Below are positions 26,861-36,891 of a DNA stretch of 64,000 nucleotides, in pieces. The translations under genes were made by a program, and so were the position numbers. The number at the start of each line of letters is the position of its first letter. Within the stretch, counting starts at the first letter, position 1. The notes under the pieces were generated by a model. It saw nothing but the letters and a program-made list of their open reading frames with translations, ran no database searches and was not told where the DNA came from. The DNA is from Candidatus Undinarchaeales archaeon (GTDB taxonomy: Archaea; SpSt-1190; JASMDC01), in NCBI GenBank assembly GCA_030753015.1, contig JASMDC010000017.1:1-64000 (forward strand), in the 5' to 3' direction.

Positions 26861-28917
26861 GCAGCGCACCCCCGTACCCCTGCTACCGGTACGAAACCGT
26901 GGTCGGTCTTCGTCGTGAACAGTGGGTCCATCACCACATCGTGCTCGCTATCCCCCTCGATGGTTAGGACGGTGGCGACGGTGCGCACCTTGTACACAGG
27001 GGTTCCGTCCTGGTCCGTTGGTGTGGCAACGAGGATGTACCGACCAGGGAGCACCCGGGGGACGACATACCGTCCGTCGGCGTCGGTCCGTACTTCGAGC
27101 GTCTCCAGGTCGGGATCGACGGGAAGGAGCGTCAGTCGTACCGCTGCTGGTGGCGAGCCGGGGACGAATGATAGAGGCCGCATGCCGACGATATCATTAC
27201 AGGGTCCATCAGTCACAGTATCTGACCGGTGGTCGAGGCACCCCAGTGTGAGCGTGTCCGCGCACAGTATGGTTGTGTTCTCGACCACGAGCCCTGACAG
27301 GGACGCATACTGTGGGAGCTCCACATCGATCGGTCCCTGAGCAGGGAGCGCGACGTTCACGGAAGTACCGCCTACGCCCTCAGTGTCGAGGGGGACCACC
27401 GTGAGCCTGCGGATACCGCAGGGGAGGCCTGAAAGAAGGGTCTCGCCCGTCACCTCGAAGGTCAGCGCTCCACCGCACGGCTCCACTATGACCAGTGCCC
27501 GTTCTGCACCTAAAGGTCTGATCGTTGCTTCGCAGGTCCCCGTGCAGGCGAGGTCCACCTCGCGAGGGGGTCCATCGGGGGCCCTAGGGAGGATCGTGGC
27601 TCCACCTGTGACCAACCAAGGAACTATCACGAACCGCAACCGGAGGGGGCGCATGAGGGATCCGGAGGGAAGGCGTCCGGCAGGCGTGAGATCGGTGAGC
27701 TCCACCTCGAGAGGGAACTGGATGTCGTACACGGCCCGGTAGCTCTTGTACCATGGAGCGCGACCTGAGCACAGTTCGACCGCGCATGGTCGCTCATCTC
27801 TGGCGACTCCACGCACCGTGATGGTACGTTCGCCACCGTTGACAGAGAGATTGAGGAGGGGATAGGCGCTCGCGGCGCCCTCGCCCTTGTCACCAAGGCG
27901 GAGCCGCGCCGACCACGAGAGGGAGCGCATGAGGGCCACTGGGTCGGCAGCGTCCTCGTCGACACCGGCTAGCTCGGCGCCAAGGCGGCTGAACAGGCGT
28001 TCGGACCGCATACGTGCAGCGAAGAGGGTAGCGGCTACGCCAAGGTCCTCTCCGATAGCTCTTCGCAGGGCCTGTTCGTCCAGGGAGACTTCGCCCTCCT
28101 CTGTCATACAGAAGCCAGGATGGCGGCGTCCTCTGGCGTCCGGAAGGGAGAACGGATCGCAGGTGAGGTCCGCAGTGGGGCCGGGCACACGGGGATCCCG
28201 CTCCATAAGGAAGGCGGCCAGGCTCTCGACTCCGCGGTACCAGAGGTTATCGACCTCGCCGGATTCTGGGCCCGCCTCGGTGTACAGTCGTGCAACGGTA
28301 CGCGCGATGCGTACAAGCCGTAGGAGACGTAGCGGTAGCTCAACGGCCACTTGCTCCTTGATGGAGGAGCTGGCCCCGCCATGGGTGATGGTCAGGGGGA
28401 TCTCTGCGGAGAGGCGAACGAAGGCGTTCCCGACCTCCACGTCATTGGCCCCGAGGGAGATGCGGTTCCTCTCAAGCTCCAATCCGTCTATCCCGTCCAC
28501 GCCCGTGGCAGCGAGCTCCCGGATGTTAGCCTCCAAGCGACGAGCGACCGCCTCGCGCACCATGGCGCGGACCACATCATCAGTGGGAAGGTTCACCACA
28601 CGACCCCCGAGCACGAACACAGGGACGCCGTCCATAGATGGCTCCGGTACCGCTGAGGGTGCGAATCCTCCGCTTTGGGCGACCTCGTCCACGGCCTGTG
28701 CCAGAGATTCCCGTACCACCCCTTCCAGGATCTCGTGGAGCCGTACCGACTCGTCACGCACTTCAACCGCCTGTCGAGTGTCCTCCTTGATATCCTGCTC
28801 GACCTGGCGGGGTGCCCGCAGGGCCAGGAACATCACCGTGACCACTAGCGCGAGCGCAACAATGGCAAGGATAACGGTCTGACCTCTGCTGTTGAAAAGG
28901 TCCTTCCCCCTGGACAC
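26857..28917 (-). CDS. Large class III signal peptide (pilin-like) protein with carboxypeptidase-regulatory-like domain
   Basis: SRG/QTVILAIVALALVV; SGGF motif; RTDADGRYVVPRVLPGRY; GGAGG before GTG 28917. Confidence 0.8.
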   Translation of the reverse strand: MSRGKDLFNSRGQTVILAIVALALVVTVMFLALRAPRQVEQDIKEDTRQAVEVRDESVRLHEILEGVVRESLAQAVDEVAQSGGFAPSAVPEPSMDGVPVFVLGGRVVNLPTDDVVRAMVREAVARRLEANIRELAATGVDGIDGLELERNRISLGANDVEVGNAFVRLSAEIPLTITHGGASSSIKEQVAVELPLRLLRLVRIARTVARLYTEAGPESGEVDNLWYRGVESLAAFLMERDPRVPGPTADLTCDPFSLPDARGRRHPGFCMTEEGEVSLDEQALRRAIGEDLGVAATLFAARMRSERLFSRLGAELAGVDEDAADPVALMRSLSWSARLRLGDKGEGAASAYPLLNLSVNGGERTITVRGVARDERPCAVELCSGRAPWYKSYRAVYDIQFPLEVELTDLTPAGRLPSGSLMRPLRLRFVIVPWLVTGGATILPRAPDGPPREVDLACTGTCEATIRPLGAERALVIVEPCGGALTFEVTGETLLSGLPCGIRRLTVVPLDTEGVGGTSVNVALPAQGPIDVELPQYASLSGLVVENTTILCADTLTLGCLDHRSDTVTDGPCNDIVGMRPLSFVPGSPPAAVRLTLLPVDPDLETLEVRTDADGRYVVPRVLPGRYILVATPTDQDGTPVYKVRTVATVLTIEGDSEHDVVMDPLFTTKTDHGFVPVAGVRGCAA

Positions 28918-28965
28918 AAGGGGCTCCTCCAAGCTAAGGTTTAATTGTGTTTCTGGCAGGAGCCC

Positions 28966-29145
28966 TCAAACCTTTTCCTTTGGGGCTTCGGCGTTAGCGA
29001 TAAGGGCACCCTCGTTCTCGTCTAGGGATTCGCCCCGTCGGAGCTTGTCCATGACGATCATCGCCTGGTCGAAGTAACTGCTGTAGAGCATCAGGAGGGG
29101 TAGGCAGAAGAGGGTCGCTACCACCAGTGCAGCAGCGTGGAACAT
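28966..29145 (-). CDS. Small membrane protein (59 aa), absent from the ORF track
   Basis: MFHAAALVVATLFCLPLLMLYSSYFDQAMIVMDKLRRGESLDENEGALIANAEAPKEKV*, starting 6 bp after the lonB stop. Confidence 0.5.
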   Translation of the reverse strand: MFHAAALVVATLFCLPLLMLYSSYFDQAMIVMDKLRRGESLDENEGALIANAEAPKEKV

Positions 29146-29151
29146 GGGTGC

Positions 29152-31005
29152 TCACGCCGTGGGGACCGGACCGGACACCACGTCGGTGGTATGCCGTGCC
29201 AGTCGCTTGATCTTGTTGAGGACGTCCTTCTTCTCTTTCCAGACCAGGGCATGCTCGAGCACATCGCTGATAGTGTCCACAGGGATAACCTCGATGAGCC
29301 CCTTCTTGTCATCGTCCAATAGCACGTCCTTGAGGTTGGCGGCAGGGATGAGCACCTTCTGGATGCCTGCCTCGATGGCCGCCTCGATCTTGGATGTGAC
29401 ACCTCCCACGGGGAGCACGTCGCCCCGCACGGACAGGGAGCCTGTCATGGCCACGCTCTGGCGGATGGCGACCTGCTCCAGAGCGGAAACCACGGCAGTG
29501 ACGACCGAGATACTGGCCGAATCACCCTCCACTCCCTCGTAGGTCTGGAGGAACTGGATGTGGACATCGAAGTTGGCGATGTCCTTGCCGAAGTACTTCT
29601 TGATGGGGGCTGAGACGTTCTTGATGGCCTCCTTGGCGATCTCGCCCAGCTTGCCCGTGGCGATGATCCTCGATGATTCGCGGGCCATCGAGGGAGTGAC
29701 GTTGGCGACGATGGGGAGCACGATGCCCGAGTCCCCGAACACCGCTAGGCCGTTGACCTTCCCCACGTGGGTGCCCGTGGAGCGGAATACCTTGTACTCC
29801 TTCTTCTCCTCGATGTACTTGTCGGCGATCTGCTGCTCAAGGGTGCGGGCGAACACCTTGGCCTTTGTGATGTGCGATGGGTCCACGAGGTCGGCGTCCT
29901 CGGACTTGGCGATGTCGCCCGCGGCGCGCACTAGGCCCCCGAGCTCACGGAGCCGGAGGGTGAGGTGGCCCTTGCGGTTGGCCCGCCGACGCGCCTCGTA
30001 GATCACCATCTCGATGGCCGCCTTGGAGAAGTGTGGGATCTTGGCGTCCTTGGTCACTTCCTGGGCCACGAACCGGGCGACCTTCTGCTGGTTCGCCTCG
30101 GTGTCGGGTATGGTGTCGTTCATGTACACCTCGTATCCGTATCCGCGGATGCGCGAGCGCAGGGCAGGGTTCATGGCCTCGATGGTCTTGACGTTGCCGG
30201 CCGCCACGAGCACGAAGTCGCATGGCACGGGCTTGGTGCGTACCATGGCCCCCGACGATCGCTCGCTGCGACCGGTGATGGAGTACTTCTTCTCCTGCAT
30301 TGCAGAGAGCAGGTCGATCTGCATCTCCGGCTTGAGGGTGGCGATCTCGTCGATGAACAGCACGCCCTTGTGTGCGCGGTGGATCGAACCCGGCTCCACG
30401 CGGTCGTGGGCCGGTGTCTCCAGTCCACCTGACTGGAAGGGGTCGTGCCGGACATCGCCCAGGAGCGAGCCCTCGTGTGCACCTGTGGCATCTAAAAAGG
30501 GAGCCTTCTCACCCCGTCTATGGGTGATGAGGAGCTTGGGTACCTTTGACTTGGTCTTGGAGCGCAGGTACTGGAAAGGCACGAACAGCAGGGCGGCGGC
30601 GATGATGCCCGTGAGCAGCTGTCCGGTGAAGAAACCGTACCAGATGAGGCAGAAGATGAGCATGAGGGCGATGAGGTTGCGCAGGGACTCGGTCTTGTTC
30701 ACCTCGTTCTTGTAGGACGAGACGATGAGCTTTCCCTGGCCGGCCTTTACGGTCTTTACGAGAGGCTCGTTGTCGTCCTCTGAGTTGGGGAACACGATGA
30801 CTTCCTCGAGCTCTTCTCGGGAGAGGAGTTCGGCCATCCCCTGGGCCAGCATGGACTTACCGGTGCCGGGCTTACCGATGAGCATGACGTGACGTCGCTG
30901 GAGCGCGGCCTTCTTCATGACCTCCACCCCGCGCTCTTGGCCGATTACCTGCTCGATGATGCCCTCGGGGACCTTGACGTCCCGTGTGGACTCTGGAAGC
31001 TCCAC
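29152..31005 (-). CDS. lonB: Archaeal ATP-dependent Lon protease
   Basis: [14 protein letters not shown], membrane insert, [33 protein letters not shown]. Confidence 0.97.
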   Translation of the reverse strand: MELPESTRDVKVPEGIIEQVIGQERGVEVMKKAALQRRHVMLIGKPGTGKSMLAQGMAELLSREELEEVIVFPNSEDDNEPLVKTVKAGQGKLIVSSYKNEVNKTESLRNLIALMLIFCLIWYGFFTGQLLTGIIAAALLFVPFQYLRSKTKSKVPKLLITHRRGEKAPFLDATGAHEGSLLGDVRHDPFQSGGLETPAHDRVEPGSIHRAHKGVLFIDEIATLKPEMQIDLLSAMQEKKYSITGRSERSSGAMVRTKPVPCDFVLVAAGNVKTIEAMNPALRSRIRGYGYEVYMNDTIPDTEANQQKVARFVAQEVTKDAKIPHFSKAAIEMVIYEARRRANRKGHLTLRLRELGGLVRAAGDIAKSEDADLVDPSHITKAKVFARTLEQQIADKYIEEKKEYKVFRSTGTHVGKVNGLAVFGDSGIVLPIVANVTPSMARESSRIIATGKLGEIAKEAIKNVSAPIKKYFGKDIANFDVHIQFLQTYEGVEGDSASISVVTAVVSALEQVAIRQSVAMTGSLSVRGDVLPVGGVTSKIEAAIEAGIQKVLIPAANLKDVLLDDDKKGLIEVIPVDTISDVLEHALVWKEKKDVLNKIKRLARHTTDVVSGPVPTA

Positions 31006-31068
31006 AGGGGTAGAACTACCGTCACGACTTATAACACTTTTCGTTCGGTTCTCGATATGGGCGTGAGC

Positions 31069-31368
31069 CTACTCTTCTCCGGCCACATCGGTGGCCTCAG
31101 CGACCTCTTGGTCACGGGATGCGAACTCCATGGAGTGGCTGATGATCATGACGTCCCCGACGGCCTTGACCGCCTTGTGGGGTACGATGACGGCACGTAC
31201 GTTCTTGAGCGCCTTGCTCAGAAGGCTATCGGGAGTGGACTTTACCACCCATCCGTTGATCATATACTTGCCGAGGACCGCATCCCCGATCTTACCGAAG
31301 TACATGCCTGCGTCGGTAAAAACGTCGATGTCATAGATATCGGACAGGCGCTTGATGGTGACGACCAT
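31069..31368 (-). CDS. PRC-barrel domain protein (CdpB-like)
   Basis: LSDIYDIDVFTDAGMYFGKIGD...IVPHKAVKAVGDVMII. Confidence 0.85.
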   Translation of the reverse strand: MVVTIKRLSDIYDIDVFTDAGMYFGKIGDAVLGKYMINGWVVKSTPDSLLSKALKNVRAVIVPHKAVKAVGDVMIISHSMEFASRDQEVAEATDVAGEE

Positions 31369-31430
31369 ATTATGTAACCCCGCCTCCGCAACCGACACCT
31401 TTTTTTATAAAACTATCATTTTGAAGTCAC

Positions 31431-32327
31431 ATGGGTAGGGTTTACCTGGTCGGCAGCTCCCACGTGTCCGCGTCGGGCGCCGACCAAGTGGCTGATACCA
31501 TCCGCAGGGTTCGTCCGGACGTGGTCGCCGTCGAGCTGTGTTACAAGCGCTACCATGTACTGCGCGAGCATGGCGGTGCGCCACCTCTCCCGCCCTTCCG
31601 CGAAGGCATCCGTGATATAGGGGTGCGACGGTACCTGCTGGTGTGGTTCCTCTCCCGGCTCCAGGAGCATTATGCACGGTTGGCGGGCGCCCCCGTTGGG
31701 ACCGACATGCTCCACGCTCTGGACGCAGCAGCGAAGGATGCCGTCCCCATCGCATTGGTGGACGATGACATAGACGTCACTCTGGAGAGGCTCGTGAATG
31801 CCGTGGGGTTGCGTGACGTCTTCACACTGATATGGATGAGCGCAAAGGGCGATCCCTGGGTCCACAGGTTCGATATCACGAGCGTCCCTGATGATGACCT
31901 TGTCGAAGAGATGTTGGAAGAGCTCGAGCGCGCCTTCCCCGCCGTGTACGACGTGCTCGTTCGAAGGCGGAACCTCCGCATGGCCTCCAGGCTCATGACC
32001 GTGGCGGACGCCAGAGGTACGGTGTTGGCGGTACTGGGTGCAGGCCATAAACGAGGTATCGCTAAGCTGCTCAAAGAAGGCCCTCACACGGTCGTCGTTG
32101 TCGGGCCCGATACGACTCTCCCTGAACCGGATACACCCCGCCTTACAGTGAAGCTATCGCTTCCAGGGGAACCGCCTCTACCCAGCGAGGACCTATCTGC
32201 CGCGGATGCGGAAGTGGGCAGAGAGGTTGTTGAATCCCTCGCTAACGCCGACGTGGCTCCCGCGGTAGTAGCCGATGAGCCCGCCCGAGACGATGCCCAG
32301 CACGAGCACAAAAATGTAGAATCCTAA
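31431..32327 (+). CDS. TraB/GumN (pheromone shutdown) family protein
   Basis: YLVGSSHVS, PDVVAVEL, PVGTDM, LVRRRN..MA, AVLGAGH. Confidence 0.88.
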   Translation: MGRVYLVGSSHVSASGADQVADTIRRVRPDVVAVELCYKRYHVLREHGGAPPLPPFREGIRDIGVRRYLLVWFLSRLQEHYARLAGAPVGTDMLHALDAAAKDAVPIALVDDDIDVTLERLVNAVGLRDVFTLIWMSAKGDPWVHRFDITSVPDDDLVEEMLEELERAFPAVYDVLVRRRNLRMASRLMTVADARGTVLAVLGAGHKRGIAKLLKEGPHTVVVVGPDTTLPEPDTPRLTVKLSLPGEPPLPSEDLSAADAEVGREVVESLANADVAPAVVADEPARDDAQHEHKNVES

Positions 32328-32339
32328 TGCTCCGGCCAT
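32193..32339 (-). CDS. Small single-TM protein (48 aa) antisense to the TraB tail
   Basis: MAGALGFYIFVLVLGIVSGGLIGYYRGSHVGVSEGFNNLSAHFRIRGR*; TTTATATA about 27 bp upstream on the - strand. Confidence 0.45.
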   Translation of the reverse strand: MAGALGFYIFVLVLGIVSGGLIGYYRGSHVGVSEGFNNLSAHFRIRGR

Positions 32340-32414
32340 GGTACGCTATGTTGTACCACAAAAGGTATATAAAATATGCGGATTAGCTATCGCCCGACCC
32401 CGGAGGGAGGCATC

Positions 32415-32759
32415 ATGGTCGTACGAACCACACGCGGAATAACCAGAAGTTTGAAACAGGAGATAACCCTTCTTAGGCGACATGTGGAGATCCTTAGCGT
32501 TCTCCTTGAGACGAAAGAACCTTTAGGCATCCTGCGCCTCTCGGACCGCACGAACTATTCTCCCCACAAAGTGCGCTACACCCTCCGGACTCTCGAGCAC
32601 GAGAAGCTCATCAAGCCCAGTACACGGGGGGCCGAGGTCACCGAGGAGCTCGGTATATTCGTCGAGGATCTCATCCGTGATCTTTCCATCATTCGCGACG
32701 AGCTCAATGAGGTGTACAAGACCGTCCAGCGCGTCCGCGAGGAGTACCCCCGACAATAG
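32415..32759 (+). CDS. Archaeal winged-helix predicted transcriptional regulator
   Basis: LLRRHVEIL...EPLGILRLS...HKVRYTLRTLE...LIKPSTRGA; GGAGG SD. Confidence 0.85.
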   Translation: MVVRTTRGITRSLKQEITLLRRHVEILSVLLETKEPLGILRLSDRTNYSPHKVRYTLRTLEHEKLIKPSTRGAEVTEELGIFVEDLIRDLSIIRDELNEVYKTVQRVREEYPRQ

Positions 32760-32821
32760 TGATGGGCCCGGAGGGCCTCGTCGGTTAATCCCATACCCTT
32801 AGTAGTACTTACGGGGCTCCC

Positions 32822-33166
32822 ATGACCGTTCAGTTCGTTCTCATCGTTATCCTGCTCGTTCTGCTCCTTGTTTGGCTCCGCATGACCCTGCTGCCCGACC
32901 GAGTGGGCACGTTGGTCGCGATCAGGGGGACGGTGGCCTGTGCCGAAGGCGACAGCGCGACCTGTGCTCGCCAGACGGTGGGCAGCTCTGCTGTCACAGT
33001 GAGCGTTGACCTTGGGGACGAGACCGTGGAGGCCGAGTGCTCAGCGTGCGTACTGTGCATGGGCGATCTTCGAGAGGGCTATCCCGTGGGCATCACTCGC
33101 ATCGGCTCTCGCCTCATCGCCCAGCCTCTGCTGTTCCCCTCACTCCAGAAACGGTGGATGTCTTAG
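32822..33166 (+). CDS. Small membrane-anchored OB-fold-like Cys protein
   Basis: N-terminal TM; CSACVLC; LREGYPVGI. Confidence 0.65.
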   Translation: MTVQFVLIVILLVLLLVWLRMTLLPDRVGTLVAIRGTVACAEGDSATCARQTVGSSAVTVSVDLGDETVEAECSACVLCMGDLREGYPVGITRIGSRLIAQPLLFPSLQKRWMS

Positions 33167-33813
33167 TGGTGGAGGGGCTCGATCTCGTAGGTGCCTTCGT
33201 GCTGGGACTTGCCCAGGGTGCAGGACCCTGCCTGGCCATTTGTGCTCCGATCATCTTCCCTCTCACAGCTGCTACGGCGGGGAGCGCTCGGGAGGGGTTC
33301 ATTGTTGCTGGCCTCGCCGCATTGGGACGGCTTCTGGCGTACGTCGTTCTGGGTGCAGGGGCCGGGCTCTTGGGCGGCGCGGTCCAAGCCATTGCTGAAG
33401 GAAGTAGTGCATGGTACGTGTATATGGCCTGCGGGTTCGCTTCCGGTGTTCTCGGTGGCTACTATCTGGTAAAGGCCCACACCTGCGCCTGCATCGAGAT
33501 GGGAGTGACCAATCCTTTCATCCTTGGCGTGCTCCTGGGATTGGCACCGTGCGCACCGCTCACCCTTATCCTCGTACAGGCCTTCGCTACAGGATCTGCT
33601 TTCTACGGCATGATCCTTGTGACCGTGTTCGGCATCGCAAGCTCGCTCCCGCTCCTGCTTGGTGGGGGTTTCGTGGGCCATCTCGTGCGTCATATACAGA
33701 CGGGGGGCGATTTCTCACGGAACGTACAGCGTGTCAGCGGTGTTCTCCTCATCATGGCCGGGGCCAAGTTCATGCTGATGGCCCGAGCCGTGGAACTGGT
33801 AGCGGGATCCTGA
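33154..33813 (+). CDS. DsbD_2/CcdA-like (TauE/SafE superfamily) membrane protein
   Basis: GAGPCLAICAP, GRLLAY, GLAPCAPL, FGIASSLP; six TM helices; start approximate. Confidence 0.85.
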   Translation: MDVLVVEGLDLVGAFVLGLAQGAGPCLAICAPIIFPLTAATAGSAREGFIVAGLAALGRLLAYVVLGAGAGLLGGAVQAIAEGSSAWYVYMACGFASGVLGGYYLVKAHTCACIEMGVTNPFILGVLLGLAPCAPLTLILVQAFATGSAFYGMILVTVFGIASSLPLLLGGGFVGHLVRHIQTGGDFSRNVQRVSGVLLIMAGAKFMLMARAVELVAGS

Positions 33814-33816
33814 GGA

Positions 33817-34746
33817 TTATTCCTCGGGGCGCTCGACACGCACCTTCAGCACCTTGTGACCGAAGATAGGGAAGGTCCGTCCGCTCTCGACCTTCAGCTC
33901 GTACGCACCCTGTTCGTCCTTCCCACGGAAGGTGAGCCGGTCAGTGGCCTCGAGCCGCCAGCCGCCGACGTACCCGTTGTTGAACCGCTCCTCAGAATGT
34001 ACAACCCATATCTCATCGAGCGCCTCTACGCTCTCGAGCACTTCGCCGATGGATGTTTTGTCCCAGTGGTCGATGGGGGGCAGGCCGTACCGGCTCCCGC
34101 CCTTACCGAATACCGGTCTCGGCCGGTCGAGCTTACGGGAGATGGGAGCATCGGTTATCGTAACGTCGTACGAGGACGTCCCCAGATTCCATCCCATGTG
34201 GGCGTCGATGACGGCGTACCGCTCCTCGTGCTCACGTGACTTCAGCACGAAGGAGCCCCACTGTTGGAAGGATTGTCCCAGTACCGATCCGAGGACCGAT
34301 GTGTAGTCGGGCAGGGACCCGAAGAAGGAGATATGGTCGACCGAGTCCATGGTCGCGACCTTGTCCGCTGCATCGGTGGCCGTCGTGTACTCCCAGTGGT
34401 CTACCGGTGGGACCTGGTAGGGACCGCCTCCGCCCTGCTTGAAGATCGGTCTGGGTGAGGAGAGCTCGATGGCCTCGTCCTTCCCCTCGATGCTTGCACG
34501 TTTTGAGATGTAGTACTCGTCGCCGAGGTCGTTCAGTGCGGTCTCGAGCGCACCCTTACGATCACCCTGACAGCGATAGGTCGTCGTATGCGACTCTCCG
34601 GGTGGGCTCCTGAGGACGTGCTCCTTAGACAGATAGAGCCCGGGAGCGGCCTCCTGGAGGTCGGACAGTGCCGTGATGAGCGCCTCGCGGTACCCTCCTT
34701 CCATCGAATAGTTCAGTGTTAGGTCCTCGGCGAGCATGGGGCGCAC
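33817..34746 (-). CDS. Hypothetical protein with internal duplications
   Basis: RPIFKQGG..YQVPPVDHW / RPVFGKGG.RYGLPPIDHW; ALITALSDL..LYLSK / ALETALNDL..YYISK. Confidence 0.7.
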   Translation of the reverse strand: MRPMLAEDLTLNYSMEGGYREALITALSDLQEAAPGLYLSKEHVLRSPPGESHTTTYRCQGDRKGALETALNDLGDEYYISKRASIEGKDEAIELSSPRPIFKQGGGGPYQVPPVDHWEYTTATDAADKVATMDSVDHISFFGSLPDYTSVLGSVLGQSFQQWGSFVLKSREHEERYAVIDAHMGWNLGTSSYDVTITDAPISRKLDRPRPVFGKGGSRYGLPPIDHWDKTSIGEVLESVEALDEIWVVHSEERFNNGYVGGWRLEATDRLTFRGKDEQGAYELKVESGRTFPIFGHKVLKVRVERPEE

Positions 34747-34785
34747 GGCGTGGTGGCCGATTGATAAACCTTTCGATGGGTCGCG

Positions 34786-36891
34786 CTATCCCACCGATCC
34801 CCTTAGAGAATCCTTGTCCTGGAAGAACGGGTCGACGTCCCCTTCCTCCTCCATCTCCTCGTCAGCCTCCCTCTTCTTGCTCAGCGCCGTAAGCTTGGCG
34901 CTGATGATGTCCACGGGCTTGAGGAGCTTGCCCAGTAGATCGATCAGGACAGAGCTCACGGTCTTCCCCTTGGGCTTCGTTGCCTCGCCGCCTTCACCAT
35001 AGCCTGCCACCTGGGCTGCCAGACGTTCCGCTTCGATCTCCTCGTCGCTCTTTCTCCGGAAGGTCTTATAGAGACCGTCGCGCAGCGGTACGAGCGATCG
35101 GGTCAGCGAACCGAAGACCCCCCTGACCTGGGCTACTAGGCCGCTCTCCTCCTCATCGGCCTCAACCATCTCCGCCTCGGCCTCTATCTCCTCCTTGGTC
35201 TTCTCCCGCTCCGGAGTGAGGACCTTGCGGATCTGTACGACGAGCTTGTCCACCGGTGCGAACACCGAGCCCACGGTAAGTGCGATCCGTTTCAGGAGCG
35301 TGGGTCCCTGCTGGGTCTCATCGATCATCGACTCCATGCGATTCTCTTCGACCTTCATCCGCTCCATTTCCAGTTCTTCTTCGGTCTTGTCCCTATTCAG
35401 GCTGGCAAGCCCTTCGGTGATGGGGCGGAAGGTCTTGGCGATGGTGATGAAAATACGCCGGAAGTGGAGCTGGAGGGCCGACATCTCCTCCTCCTTGAGG
35501 ACGTTCCCGTACTCGTCACGCTCGACCTCCTCTTCCTCAGTAAGCGCTTTATGAAGTGCCTTGAAGCTTCGGATGAGCCCCTCGAAGGGATGGGTTATCT
35601 TAAACGCCACTGCCATAATCTTGGCACCGATCACGCTGGTCTCATTCTCCTCGCTCAGTACCTGATTGAGCTTCGCGGCCTGCTCACGCTCGGCCTCCAG
35701 CGCTGCCTGTTCATCGGGTGTCGGGAAGTACTTGTGTCGGGCCGCTGTTATCTGATTAGCCAGGGCGTTTGCCCGCGGCCTGATGGCGTGGGTCACTTTC
35801 AGAGCGACACCCTTGACTCGTCGTCCCACCTTCCTTTGCACGTTCTGGATAACTTGGATGCGGTAGAGGGCGTTGAGCACAAAGATGAGCCCGCCCAACG
35901 GCACGAGCGCAACACCGGCGACGATGTAGATGGACAGGTCGCTGATGAACGCGTACGCGACCCCACCCGCTCCGAGGAGCATGACGGCGCTCGCCATCGC
36001 CATCCCGGTCCGCACCTGACCGCTGTACTCGACCCACAAAGCCTCGCCCGTGGCGTTGAGTGCGAACCGATAGGTGTTCTTTTCGTGGCACTCCTTGAGC
36101 GAGGAGTACGCACGTCCGCAGTTCATGCACGCGACGACACCCGCTGGGACGACATGGGTCTGGCAGGAGGGGCATGCCGAGTATCCCTCCTTCGATGGTA
36201 CGGGGACATCGCACCCACAAGAGGGGCAGGTGTGTCGCTCCGACACCACACCATAACAATCGCAGAAATGCGATGTTGCCACCCGTGTCTTGGTGATGCG
36301 ATCCTTCTCGATGAGGACCTTGAAGACGCTAAGTAGCGTACGTTGGGGGATGTCCCACGTGTCCATGGTGATGTACAGTTGGCCGACGAACTCGTCCACC
36401 AACACATCGTTCGACATGAGGAAGTGGAATATCTTCCGTTTCAGGTCAGTGCGGAACCACGGTTGGGCGATCTCGTCGTAGAGATTATAGGGCAGGAAGA
36501 CGGGATCGAGCGTCGTGGCCTGCTTGTAACACGTGATCGTCTGCTTGATGGCGCCGTAATTGTAGTACGCTCTGCCGAGCAGGTACCATGCATCACCCGA
36601 TTGGGGGTCCTGTTGGATGGCGTTGTTCAGCGCGTTGATGGCATCCAGAGGTTTCTTGGCCTCGATGAAAGCAGTGCCGAGTGCAATCCAAGCTTCAACG
36701 AAGTCAGGAGTCAGGTTGGCAGCCGCTTGGAAGGCTTCGATGGCCTTGGGATAGTCCTGCTTACTCAGGAAGTCCTGTCCGACGGAATACTTGGCCTTGG
36801 CATAAGTGGTGTCCTTTGTGGCCTCATCGCGATAGTACTTGTAGGCGCTCTTCTCGCCCTCGACCGGTGCCACTTGGTTCCCTTGGTCCAT
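34786..36891 (-). CDS. TPR + multi-Zn-ribbon + two-TM + C-terminal helical repeat protein
   Basis: Three TPRs (EAWIALG, DAWYLLG), HFCDC / CPSC / CPSC / CMNC, two TMs, about six acidic amphipathic repeats. Confidence 0.85.
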   Translation of the reverse strand: MDQGNQVAPVEGEKSAYKYYRDEATKDTTYAKAKYSVGQDFLSKQDYPKAIEAFQAAANLTPDFVEAWIALGTAFIEAKKPLDAINALNNAIQQDPQSGDAWYLLGRAYYNYGAIKQTITCYKQATTLDPVFLPYNLYDEIAQPWFRTDLKRKIFHFLMSNDVLVDEFVGQLYITMDTWDIPQRTLLSVFKVLIEKDRITKTRVATSHFCDCYGVVSERHTCPSCGCDVPVPSKEGYSACPSCQTHVVPAGVVACMNCGRAYSSLKECHEKNTYRFALNATGEALWVEYSGQVRTGMAMASAVMLLGAGGVAYAFISDLSIYIVAGVALVPLGGLIFVLNALYRIQVIQNVQRKVGRRVKGVALKVTHAIRPRANALANQITAARHKYFPTPDEQAALEAEREQAAKLNQVLSEENETSVIGAKIMAVAFKITHPFEGLIRSFKALHKALTEEEEVERDEYGNVLKEEEMSALQLHFRRIFITIAKTFRPITEGLASLNRDKTEEELEMERMKVEENRMESMIDETQQGPTLLKRIALTVGSVFAPVDKLVVQIRKVLTPEREKTKEEIEAEAEMVEADEEESGLVAQVRGVFGSLTRSLVPLRDGLYKTFRRKSDEEIEAERLAAQVAGYGEGGEATKPKGKTVSSVLIDLLGKLLKPVDIISAKLTALSKKREADEEMEEEGDVDPFFQDKDSLRGSVG

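Noticed and set aside
24065-28882. Long antisense ORFs such as 25109-26704 and 27887-28882
   Set aside because: Typical high-GC shadow ORFs lying opposite well-supported genes.
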